Assembly: GCA_018402015.1 (NCBI GenBank)
Contig: JAGYJL010000008.1
Location: 13,762 to 77,761 of the forward strand
From: Flavobacteriales bacterium
GTDB lineage: Bacteria > Bacteroidota > Bacteroidia > UBA10329
Length of the DNA stretch: 64,000 bases
Direction: 5' to 3'
The position numbers and the translations under genes are program-made. Below are positions 19,851-29,503 of this stretch, in pieces; positions within the stretch are counted from its first letter, which is position 1; every line of letters starts with the position of its first letter. Below the pieces are notes generated by a model. That model saw only the letters and a program-made list of their open reading frames with translations. It made no database searches and was not told where the DNA came from.

Positions 19851-22611
19851 ATGAGTATGTATGAAGATTATCTAAAGGAAATCGAAGAACGAAAAGCGCT
19901 GGGTCTTCATCCGAAGCCACTTGATGGTGCGGAGTTGCTAAGCGAGGTTATTGACCAGATTAAGGATCAGAGCAACCCACACAGAAAAGATTCCCTTAAT
20001 TTCTTCATGTACAATGTGCTTCCAGGAACCACGCCTGCAGCAGGTGTGAAAGCGAAGTTTCTGAAAGAGATTATTCTTGGAGAAGAGTCAGTTGAAGAAA
20101 TTTCGACTGAATTTGCTTTCGAATTGCTGTCTCACATGAAAGGAGGCCATCTATTGGTACTTCTGGGTCGGCGTTGGGAGAAGATGCAAGCATTGCCTAA
20201 AAATAGCCTGGGTTACAAAGACTCAGGTGATTCCTATATGATGCAGATACAGCTCGCTTAGAGGCAGCCTTCAAAGCTGGTAATGCGATGCGTAAGGAAT
20301 TGATTGAAAGCTACGCCAAGGCAGAGTTCTTTACCCAACTTCCAGAAATAGAAGAAGAGATCAATGTGGTCACATTCATCGCTGGTGTTGGCGATATCTC
20401 TACAGATTTGCTTTCTCCTGGTGGCGATGCCCACTCTCGGTCAGACCGAGAGTTGCACGGCCAGTGCATTTTCGAACACAATAAGGAAATGCAGAAAGAA
20501 CTTACTGCGCTTAAGGCAAAACACCCAGACAAGCGCGTAATGTTAATTGCCGAGAAAGGCACAATGGGAGTTGGTTCTTCGAGAATGTCTGGGGTGAATA
20601 ACGTGGCTTTGTGGACGGGTGTTGAGTCTAGTCCGTATGTGCCATTTATCAATATTGCTCCTGTAATTGCTGGAACGAATGGAATTTCTCCGATCTTTTT
20701 GACTACCGTTGGTGTAACTGGCGGTATTGGAATCGACCTTCAAAACTGGGTGAAGCAAAAAGATGCTGATGGAAATACCATCGTTGATGCTGATGGAGAA
20801 CCAGTTCTAAAGCAAGAGTATTCTGTAGAAACTGGAACTGTTCTTACAATCAATACCAAGACGAAGAAGCTTTACAACGGTGATAAGGAATTGAAAGATA
20901 TTTCGGCAGCACTGACTCCTCAGAAAATGGAGTTCATCAAAGCCGGTGGTTCTTACGCTGTTGTGTTCGGAAAGAAATTGCAAACGGTTGCTTGCAAAAT
21001 TTTAGGAATCAATGTTCCTCAAGTGTATGCTCCTTCTAAAGAAATCACTGTAGAAGGACAAGGTCTGACTGCCGTTGAGAAGATTTTCAACAAGAATGCA
21101 GTTGGAAATACGCCAGGTAAAACATTGCATGCTGGCTCTGATGTTCGTGTTGAAGTAAACATTGTAGGTTCTCAGGACACTACAGGTCTAATGACTTCGC
21201 AGGAGTTGGAGAACATGGCCGCAACGGTAATTTCTCCGATTGTTGACGGAGCTTACCAATCAGGCTGTCATACAGCATCGGTTTGGGACGATAAGTCGAA
21301 GGCAAACATTCCAAGGTTGATGAAATTCATGAACGACTTCGGATTGATCACTGCTCGTGACCCGAAAGGCGTTTATCCAGCAATGACGGATGTAATTCAT
21401 AAGGTTTTGAATGATATTACCGTGAGCGATTGGGACATCATTATTGGAGGCGATTCTCACACGCGTATGTCGAAAGGTGTTGCGTTTGGTGCTGATTCAG
21501 GAACGGTTGCATTGGCTTTGGCCACGGGCGAAGCGACAATGCCAATCCCACAGTCAGTAAAAGTGACCTTCAAAGGCACTATGAGAAGTTTCATGGATTT
21601 CCGTGATGTGGTTCATGCTACGCAGCAACAAATGTTGAAGCAGTTTGGTGGAGAGAACGTATTTCAAGGTCGCGTGATTGAGGTTCATATTGGAACTTTG
21701 ACCTCTGACCAGGCTTTCACGTTTACAGACTGGACTGCAGAGATGAAAGCGAAAGCTTCAATCTGTATTTCTGAAGATGCAACGTTGATTGAATCGTTGG
21801 AGATTGCTGGTCTCGCATCCAGATCATGATTGATAAGGGAATGGATAACGAGAAGCACGTTCTGAAAGGATTGATTGATAAAGCGGAGCGAAGAATTGCA
21901 GAGATCAAATCTGGTACGAATCCAACGTTAAAGCCAGATGCTACAGCTAAGTACTATGCTGAAGTAGTCATCGACCTCGATGAGATTGCGGAGCCGATGA
22001 TTGCGGATCCAGATGTGAACAATGAGGATGTTTCTAAGCGCTACACGCACGATCAGATTCGACCATTGTCTTTCTACGGTGGTACTAAGAAAGTCGATTT
22101 AGGATTCGTTGGTTCTTGCATGGTTCACAAAGGAGATATGAAGATTTTGGCTCAAATGCTGAAGAATATTGAAGCTCAGCAAGGCAAAGTTGAGTTCAAA
22201 GCTCTTTGTAGTAGTTGCGCCTCCAACCTATAATATCGTTGATGAATTGAAAGCGGAAGGCGATTGGGCAGTATTGGAGAAATACGCAGGTTTCGTATTT
22301 GACGATAATGCTCCGAAAGCAGCAGCTCGTACCAAGTACGAAAACAAGCTTTACTTAGAACGCCCAGGTTGCAACCTTTGCATGGGTAACCAAGAAAAAG
22401 CGGAGCCAGGAGATACGGTAATGGCAACTTCAACACGTTTGTTCAAAAAGGACGAGTTGTGAAGATTCTGGCGAGAAAGGAGAATCTTTATTGTCTTCGA
22501 CACCAGTCGTAGTATTGTCTATTTTGGGCAGAACTCCAAGCAATGGAAGAGTACAAGCAGCGGTGGATTGGCATTGTCTTAACGAGGTTCAAGCCGTCAG
22601 CCAGAGCTTAG
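19851..22611 (+). pseudogene. acnB: Aconitate hydratase B (AcnB), interrupted by several frameshifts (or sequence errors)
   Basis: The colinear same-strand ORFs 19851-20261, 20288-21829, 21826-22233 and 22169-22462, plus a readable tail to ~22611, rebuild one AcnB. The N-terminus is MYEDYLKEIEERKALGLHPKPL (E. coli has MLEEYRKHVAERAAEGIAPKPL). Core motifs are IIGGDSHTRM, GFVGSCMVHKGD and PGCNLCMGNQ. Frame changes occur near 20150-20290 (at least 2), 21826, 22170-22230 and 22440-22560. Confidence 0.85.
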
Positions 22612-22806
22612 TGCTTGCATAGAAACACGACATAATTATTCAAAAATGAGTCAGCCCAGCTCGGGTTTTTTGTGCCGTTTTCTTTACTTCCGCATGACTT
22701 GAATGATTAAAATAAACAAGGAACTACTTGCACTTTAGTGTAATACTGGGAGCAGATATTTTGAATTCTGCCAAGTTTATTAACTAGAGAAAAAGCAATT
22801 TTAGAT

Positions 22807-25084
22807 ATGGCATTATTTGATTTAGATATGATGAAGAAGTATACGCTCGCTTTCCTGAGCGTATTGCGGCAGCACGAAAAGCAGTCGGAAAACCGTTAAC
22901 CCTTGCTGAGAAAATTCTCTACACGCACTTATGGGATGGAGAAGCAACAACAGCACATGAAAGAGGTAAGTCTTACGTGGATTTTGACCCAGATAGAGTG
23001 GCCATGCAAGATGCAACGGCTCAAATGGCCTTGTTGCAATTTATGCAAGCTGGCAAAAAGAAAGTTGCTGTTCCATCAACTGTACATTGCGATCACTTGA
23101 TTCAAGCACGCATTGGCGCAACGGCCGACCTTCAGGAAGCACTGAACAAGAGTCATGAGGTTTTTAACTTCTTGGAAAGCGTTTCAAATAAGTACGGGAT
23201 CGGTTTTTGGAAGCCAGGTGCAGGTATTATTCATCAAGTTGTGTTGGAGAATTACGCATTCCCAGGAGGAATGATGATAGGAACCGATAGCCACACGGTA
23301 AATGCTGGAGGTTTGGGAATGGTTGCTATCGGTGTTGGTGGTGCGGATGCGGTTGACGTGATGGCAGGAATGCCGTGGGAGCTGAAATTCCCAAAGCTGA
23401 TTGGCGTGAAATTGACAGGTAAGATGAGCGGGTGGACAGCTCCAAAAGACGTGATTCTGAAAGTAGCTGGAATTCTTACCGTTAAAGGTGGAACTGGAGC
23501 AATCGTTGAGTACTTCGGAGAAGGCGCCAAAAGCATGTCGTGTACAGGAAAAGGAACCATTTGCAACATGGGTGCTGAGATCGGTGCTACCACCTCAACT
23601 TTCGGTTATGACGAAAGCATGGAGCGTTATTTGCGCGCTACAGGCCGTGCTGATGTTGCCGATCTGGCAAACGGAGTAAAAGAACATTTAACTGGTGATG
23701 ATGAGGTTTATGCTGATCCGGAGAAGTATTTCGATCAAGTAATTGAAATCGATCTTTCTACACTATCTCCATACATCAACGGGCCTTTTACGCCAGATTT
23801 GGCTACGCCAGTTGCTGACATGAAAGAAGCTTCAGCAAAAGCAGGTTGGCCAACTAAAGTTGAGTGGGGATTGATCGGATCGTGCACCAACTCATCGTAT
23901 GAGGATATTTCAAGAGCGTGTTCTATTGCGGAAGATGCCTTGGCGAAGGCTTGAAGCCAAAAGCAGAATTCGGTATCAATCCAGGTTCTGAGCAAGTTCG
24001 TTTTACAATTGAACGCGATGGTTTCATCAATACGTTTGAGAAGCTTGGCGCTACAATTTTCACCAACGCTTGCGGACCATGTATCGGACAATGGGGTCGT
24101 TACAACGATCCTAAAAATGGACCGAAGAACACCATCGTTCATTCGTTCAATAGAAACTTCAGTAAGCGTGCAGATGGTAATCCGAATACGCATGCTTTTG
24201 TGACATCGCCAGAAATGGTTGCCGCTATTGCGATTTCTGGAGATTTGAACTTCAACCCAATTACTGACACGCTTACCAACGATAAAGGCGAGCAGGTGAA
24301 ATTGGCTGAGCCAACAGGATTTGAACTTCCACCAAAAGGATTTGACGTGGAAGACAATGGATATTTAGAGCCTGCAGAAGATGGAAGTTCTGTGGAGGTA
24401 AAAGTGAATCCTAGTAGCGACAGACTTCAATTGTTGGCTGGTTTTGCACCTTGGGATGGCAAGAATATCACTGGTGCCAAATTGTTGATCAAGGCAGAAG
24501 GAAAATGCACGACTGACCACATTTCAATGGCCGGTCCATGGTTGCGTTACAGAGGTCACCTCGATAATATCTCAAACAACACATTGATCGGTGCGGTGAA
24601 TGCATTCGGTGGAGCAACCAATAAGGTGAAAAACCAATTGGATGGTTCTTACGGAGAAGTTCCAGCTGTGGCCAGAGCTTACAAAGCGGCTGGTGTTCCT
24701 TCGGTTGTTGTTGGAGACAGCAACTACGGAGAAGGCTCCTCACGTGAGCACGCGGCCATGCAGCCACGTCATTTGGGCGTGGTAGCAGTAATTGTGAAAT
24801 CGTTCGCACGTATTCACGAAACAAATCTCAAAAAGCAAGGAATGCTTGGTTTGACTTTCGCCAACGAAGCGGATTACGATAAGATTCAAGAAGATGATAC
24901 ATTCAACTTTATTGACTTAACGGAATTCGCTCCCGGAAAACAGCTTACGATTGAGTTAGTGCATGTGGATGGCTCCATGGACACTATCCTTACAAATCAC
25001 ACCTACAACGAAGCGCAGATTGAGTGGTTCAAAGCTGGTTCTGCTCTGAACATGATCAAAGCAGAGGCCGCAGCCAACGCTTAA
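22807..25084 (+). pseudogene. acnA: Aconitate hydratase, AcnA/mitochondrial type, with two apparent frameshifts (or sequence errors)
   Basis: The ATG at 22807 gives [11 protein letters not shown]. The frame then changes near 22840 to [34 protein letters not shown]...[12 protein letters not shown] second change occurs near 23940 between ORFs 22977-23954 and 23918-25084. Motifs: [45 protein letters not shown]. Each shift is repaired by adding one G to a G-run. Confidence 0.85.
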
Positions 25085-25103
25085 TTCTTAACTACTTTTG
25101 AAG

Positions 25104-25135
25104 CGGGCATCAGACACGTTCTGATGCCCGTTTTT
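25104..25135 (+). terminator. Rho-independent terminator after acnA
   Basis: 11-bp stem cgggcatcaga (25104-25114) / tctgatgcccg (25120-25130), then ttttt. Confidence 0.85.
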
Positions 25136-25148
25136 GTTTTCACCTACT

Positions 25149-25236
25149 TATTTAACCCTGTAAATGATACAATAAGAGATGAAATTAACCCTGTATATTC
25201 ACCAAATTAGTGAATATTTAACCCTGTAAATGTTAC
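25149..25236. repeat. Three copies of a TTAACCCTGTA-core motif spaced exactly 33 bp apart
   Basis: The cores start at 25152, 25185 and 25218. The outer copies share 21 of 22 nt (tatttaaccctgtaaatg[a/t]tac) and contain ATTTA-N6-TAAAT dyad symmetry. The array ends 10 nt before the ATG at 25246. Confidence 0.85.
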
Positions 25237-25245
25237 ATTTGTAGC

Positions 25246-26607
25246 ATGTATCATCGGAAAATACACTATCAGCTGCTGGATTGGGCGCAATCTGAGAAAC
25301 GCAAGCCGTTGGTATTGCGTGGGGCACGGCAGGTGGGGAAGACAACGGCTGTCATTGATTTTGGTGCAACGTTCAAGCAGTTCATTCCTCTTAATCTGGA
25401 AAGGACGGAACATCGAAAACTGTTTGAAACAGAACGGCCCATTGCTGAATTGGTGGACGCCATCTTCTTTCAAGCAAAGAAGAATACAGAACTTCTTTCC
25501 GAAACACTGCTGTTCATTGACGAGATACAGGCAGAACCAAAGGCGTTTCCGATACTTCGGTATCTCTACGAGGAATTTCCCGACCTCAAGGTGATTGCAG
25601 CAGGTTCGCTGCTCGAAACGCTTTTTGACGTGAATAGGAGTTTTCCCGTGGGAAGGGTGGAGTATATGCAGATGCATCCCGTGAATTTTTCAGAGTTTTT
25701 GGGTGCTATCGGTGAGCATGAGGTGCAGAAGGCTCTTGAGTTTGTTCCTGTGAAGAACTATGCACATGACGAACTGAAACGCTTGTTCAATACCTACGCT
25801 ATTATTGGTGGAATGCCTGAAATTGTGGCCGAATATGCCGCAAGTCGCGACCTGACCAAGGTTTCGCGATTATACGCTTCGCTCATTCAGGGATATTTGG
25901 AGGATGTGGAGAAATATGCGAAGAATGAAACGCAGCGACAGGTGATTCGGCACGTTATCAATGCATCATTCCTCGAAGCAGGAACGCGAATAAAATTTCA
26001 GGGTTTTGGACGTTCGAATTACCGTTCTCGCGAAATGGCAGAGGCGTTCCGTTCGTTGGAACAGGCCATGGTCATCCGTTTGATGTACCCGGTGACAGGA
26101 ACCACACTGCCGCTTATCCCCGACCTGAAACGTTCTCCCAAACTACAGGTGCTCGATACGGGAATGTTCAATCACATGTCGGGCGTTCAGCAGGAAATGG
26201 TGCTTCTTAGCGACCTTTATCCTATTCACCAAGGCAGACTGATGGAGCATCTGGTCATTCAGGAATTTCTGTCTGTGCAATTGGATCCGCTATTCAAACC
26301 TTATTTCTGGGTGCGTGAAAAGGTGAATAGCGATGCCGAGGTCGATATGGTCATACCTTTGGGCGCTGATCTTATTCCGATAGAGGTCAAGGCTGGAAAA
26401 ACGGGGAAACTGCGTTCGCTCCATCAATTCATGGATGTTGCTCCGCATAGCATGGCCATTAGGGTTCATGGTGGAAATTTTAGTATTGAAAAAGTGAAAA
26501 CCATTTCAGGAAAAGAGTTTTGTTTGATGAATGTGCCTCACTACGCAGCGGCTCAATTACCACAATACATAAAACATTTGGCCGAACAGGTCTCTTCAAA
26601 TGGCTAA
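25246..26607 (+). CDS. AAA-family ATPase (AAA_14 plus DUF4143-like architecture)
   Basis: 453 aa. Walker A LRGARQVGKTT and Walker B-like LLFIDEIQ. The C-terminal region is typical of the DUF4143 ATPase group (EVDMVI...IPIEVKAG). Confidence 0.75.
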   Translation: MYHRKIHYQLLDWAQSEKRKPLVLRGARQVGKTTAVIDFGATFKQFIPLNLERTEHRKLFETERPIAELVDAIFFQAKKNTELLSETLLFIDEIQAEPKAFPILRYLYEEFPDLKVIAAGSLLETLFDVNRSFPVGRVEYMQMHPVNFSEFLGAIGEHEVQKALEFVPVKNYAHDELKRLFNTYAIIGGMPEIVAEYAASRDLTKVSRLYASLIQGYLEDVEKYAKNETQRQVIRHVINASFLEAGTRIKFQGFGRSNYRSREMAEAFRSLEQAMVIRLMYPVTGTTLPLIPDLKRSPKLQVLDTGMFNHMSGVQQEMVLLSDLYPIHQGRLMEHLVIQEFLSVQLDPLFKPYFWVREKVNSDAEVDMVIPLGADLIPIEVKAGKTGKLRSLHQFMDVAPHSMAIRVHGGNFSIEKVKTISGKEFCLMNVPHYAAAQLPQYIKHLAEQVSSNG

Positions 26608-27388
26608 AAAAATCATCCCTAAAAAAGCAAAGCCTGCCATATCAGTCAAGAATCGTCATTGGTTCAAACGCGTTCTACGCTTTGTTGGAAAGGCTATACT
26701 CGGACTTTTTCTGTTTAGCGTTGCGATGGTTGTGATTTATCGCTTTGTTCCAGTGCCCGTTACCATTCTTCAGCTCACGCGATGCGTAGAGCAATTTCGT
26801 GATGAGAAACCCATTAGGCTCAAGAAAGATTGGGAGCCGCTGGAGAATATCAGCAACAAATTACAATTGGCGGTGGTCTGTGCCGAGGATCAGAAATTCC
26901 TCAACCACCATGGTTTTGATATCGAAGCCATTGAAAAAGCCATTGAGCACAATCAGAAAGGAAAGCGCGTTCGCGGTGCAAGTACCATCAGTCAGCAAAC
27001 GGCCAAAAACGTTTTTCTATGGGAAGGAAGGACATGGGTTCGGAAAGGATTAGAAGTCTATTTTACCGCGTTGATCGAACTTTTCTGGAGTAAGGAGCGC
27101 ATCATGGAAGTGTATCTGAACGTGATTGAGATGGGTGATGGCATTTATGGCGCGCAGGCGGCATCAAAACATTATTTCAAGAAAGATGCATCTCAGATTT
27201 CAAGTACTGAAGCCGCACTTTTAGCTTCGATTTTACCAAGTCCGAGAAAATACTCTGCGGTCAATCCAAGTGGTTTTGTACGTGGCCGCCAATCCTGGAC
27301 AATGGGTCAAATGAACCATTGGGGAGGGAAATTGGATTACGAAAATCCGCCTGTTCACAAGGAAAAGAAGAAGAAAAGGAAGAAATAG
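26600..27388 (+). CDS. mtgA: Monofunctional peptidoglycan glycosyltransferase
   Basis: 262 aa. N-terminal TM helix, GT51 motifs EDQKFLNHHGFD and RGASTISQQTAKN, and KERIMEVYLNVIEMGDGIYG. Confidence 0.9.
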   Translation: MAKKIIPKKAKPAISVKNRHWFKRVLRFVGKAILGLFLFSVAMVVIYRFVPVPVTILQLTRCVEQFRDEKPIRLKKDWEPLENISNKLQLAVVCAEDQKFLNHHGFDIEAIEKAIEHNQKGKRVRGASTISQQTAKNVFLWEGRTWVRKGLEVYFTALIELFWSKERIMEVYLNVIEMGDGIYGAQAASKHYFKKDASQISSTEAALLASILPSPRKYSAVNPSGFVRGRQSWTMGQMNHWGGKLDYENPPVHKEKKKKRKK

Positions 27389-27391
27389 CCA

Positions 27392-28258
27392 ATGGTCAAT
27401 TACAACCCAAAAAGCTGGTTCAGCATCATTTTCCAGCTTCACAAGTATGATACTTTCCGACAGTTGCTTCCCACCATGGCCGTGTTGGCGGTTTTAACGC
27501 TCGGCTTTTGCTACTTGGAAATAGAAATTCTCAACCTTGAATACACCAGCACTATTGCCGTGCATTCGCTCATCGGTTTCGTGCTTTCCCTGTTGCTCGT
27601 TTTTCGTACGAACACCGCTTACGATCGTTGGTGGGAAGGCCGCAAGCATTGGGGCGCATTGGTCAATAATACGCGTAATCTTAGCATCAAACTCAGTCAG
27701 ATAATTCCTGAAGATCAGGTGGAACGAAGACAGCTTTTCCGCGTGCTCATCACCAATTATGTTTTTGCAATGAAAGAGCACTTGAGGATTGGTGTTTTGG
27801 AACATGAATTGGAGGAAATCGCTGGTTTTGACAAGAAGGAGGTGCTCAGCAGAGACCATGTGCCCAATGCCATCGCGCAACAGCTTTATGCTCAAATTTT
27901 GCTGCTCAAGAAAGATGGATTGATTAGCGAAGAACAACAGATTGTTCTTGATTCTGAGTTCCGAGCTTTGACGGACATTATTGGATCCTGCGAGCGCATC
28001 AAGAAAACGCCTATTCCGTATTCCTACAGCGCGTTCATCAAGAAATTCATATTCATCTATGTGATGAGTCTGCCATTTGGTGTGGTTCGCGACTTCGGTT
28101 ATTCCACCATTTTCGTGGTTGTCTTCATCTTCTATGTGTTGGCCAGTTTGGAGCTTATTGCAGAAGAGATCGAAGATCCGTTCGGGCCAGATGCAAACGA
28201 CCTTCCAACCGATACGCTATCGGAGACCATCAAAGGGAATTTGAAGGAGTTGTTCTGA
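27392..28258 (+). CDS. Bestrophin-family (UPF0187/YneE-like) anion channel
   Basis: 288 aa. TM helices and the signature FRTNTAYDRWWEGRKHWGALVN. Also PIPYSYSAFIKKF. Confidence 0.85.
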   Translation: MVNYNPKSWFSIIFQLHKYDTFRQLLPTMAVLAVLTLGFCYLEIEILNLEYTSTIAVHSLIGFVLSLLLVFRTNTAYDRWWEGRKHWGALVNNTRNLSIKLSQIIPEDQVERRQLFRVLITNYVFAMKEHLRIGVLEHELEEIAGFDKKEVLSRDHVPNAIAQQLYAQILLLKKDGLISEEQQIVLDSEFRALTDIIGSCERIKKTPIPYSYSAFIKKFIFIYVMSLPFGVVRDFGYSTIFVVVFIFYVLASLELIAEEIEDPFGPDANDLPTDTLSETIKGNLKELF

Positions 28259-28396
28259 ATTTGAATAAGGGGAGAACATAAAAAAGAAAAACACGCCCCC
28301 TTCGAGACACGTTTTTCCTTTTCTCATTGCATCCGTTGCAGGCGTTCAATGATTCGCCATTGCGGTACTACACGTCCAAGTTTCTGTCTTTCAGAT

Positions 28397-28550
28397 GAAA
28401 ATTGGTGTGAAAAACACCAATTTTTCTGTTCGGAACAGGAAAATTGCTGTTCTGGACACAAACGTTTTGGTGAATCACCGAGAAATTGCTCCGAAAAACA
28501 GCAAAAATGGTGTCCAAAAGAGCAATTTGCATGCTCAGGACACCATTTTA
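28397..28550. repeat. Cluster of AAAWTGSTGT-type motifs in both orientations, forming several perfect hairpins
   Basis: Pairings read directly: aaaattggtgt (28398-28408) / acaccaatttt (28414-24), 11 bp; palindrome ctgttcggaacag (28426-38); aaattgctc (28483-91) / gagcaattt (28520-28), 9 bp; aaaatggtgtcc (28504-15) / ggacaccatttt (28538-49), 12 bp. The last two helices interleave. Confidence 0.8.
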
Positions 28551-28604
28551 ACAGGGAGGCAGACCTTAGGTCTCAGCCGTCAGCTTAACTGACCTTTGAT
28601 CAGA

Positions 28605-29129
28605 TCAAGGCTCTGGGTTAGGGGCGGGATCGGTCGGTGTTTCCGGCTCTTTGGGTTCGGCAGGAGTCTGTGCTGGCCCACGTCCTGGGAATTCCTTCTT
28701 CAGATCCTCATACAATGGAGTGATGCCCGGAATGTTCTGCTGTTCGGACAACAACGCCACATAGTTGTAGATCGAAAGACTGTTCTGCCACAGGTCGTAT
28801 CTGGTAAGCAGCTTGGTGTCAGAAACCATATCGGTCAACTCCGCAAACTGCTGAACAAAAGGCGTCAGATCTCCGAATCCGTTGAAGTCCTTTTCGTGCT
28901 CCAGTACATCCACAAAGAAGGGGATGATCTGAGGATACTGCTGCATATAGGTTCTCACCTTCAATATCCACGCAATGCGCTCATCGCCCACAGAGCCGTG
29001 CTCTTTTCTTCCTTCGGGTGTGAGGTTGATACACTTGGGGGTCAGAATGGTGCGGATGGTGGTCAATGCAGTGTTCAGGTCCGTCTTTTCCTGTGCCGTC
29101 AATTCAAAACTGATCTTGTTTACACTCAT
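28605..29129 (-). CDS. Hypothetical protein with a Pro/Glu-rich C-terminal tail
   Basis: 174-aa ORF, 12 nt downstream of the XRE gene on the same strand. I recognise no domain. The tail is GPAQTPAEPKEPETPTDPAPNPEP. The opposite-strand ORF 28596-29432 is rejected. Confidence 0.6.
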   Translation of the reverse strand: MSVNKISFELTAQEKTDLNTALTTIRTILTPKCINLTPEGRKEHGSVGDERIAWILKVRTYMQQYPQIIPFFVDVLEHEKDFNGFGDLTPFVQQFAELTDMVSDTKLLTRYDLWQNSLSIYNYVALLSEQQNIPGITPLYEDLKKEFPGRGPAQTPAEPKEPETPTDPAPNPEP

Positions 29130-29141
29130 GATATTTGGGTT

Positions 29142-29447
29142 TTAAGGGTTTATATGTTCTGTTTGGTCTTCTGGAAAACGGAAGAACTCATGGTAGCTAT
29201 GGTCCAAGCTTCGAATGACTTTTTCCAAGTAATCGATGGTGATATTGACCTTTGCATTCTCAATTTTCCAGATATACTGTCTGTCAACTTCCAACCTGTC
29301 TGCGAGTTCCTGTTGGGTCAAATTGTTCTGAATTCTCACTCTTTTGACCCGATCTGCGACCAGTCGCCTAAGCCTATGTTGACAGTTATTAGACAAATGG
29401 AATACGTTCAATTGAAAATCCTGTACCCATGAGAGGATTACAAACAA
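29142..29447 (-). CDS. XRE-family helix-turn-helix transcriptional regulator
   Basis: 101 aa. Typical HTH_XRE core: LVADRVKRVRIQNNLTQQELADRLEVDRQYIWKIENAKVNITIDYLEKVIRSL. Confidence 0.8.
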   Translation of the reverse strand: MFVILSWVQDFQLNVFHLSNNCQHRLRRLVADRVKRVRIQNNLTQQELADRLEVDRQYIWKIENAKVNITIDYLEKVIRSLDHSYHEFFRFPEDQTEHINP

Positions 29448-29503
29448 TAAAGCCCCTTCGGTTGAAGAGGCTTGAAAGATGATGTTTGGGGATATTCATT
29501 CCT

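Noticed and set aside
28349-28588. Cys-rich 79-aa ORF (…CEKHQFFCSEQENCCSGH…CPKEQFACSGHH…) as a possible RiPP or toxin precursor
   Set aside because: The Cys codons come from the reiterated tggtgt/tgctgt DNA motif, which occurs in both orientations. A second overlapping frame is also open. There are no modification or export genes adjacent and no promoter or start context. It is more likely non-coding.
28596-29432. 278-aa plus-strand ORF spanning the XRE and 174-aa genes
   Set aside because: It is antisense to two ORFs, one of which has a clear HTH_XRE domain. Its product is W/R/L/C-rich with no motif, as is typical of a shadow ORF in GC-rich DNA.
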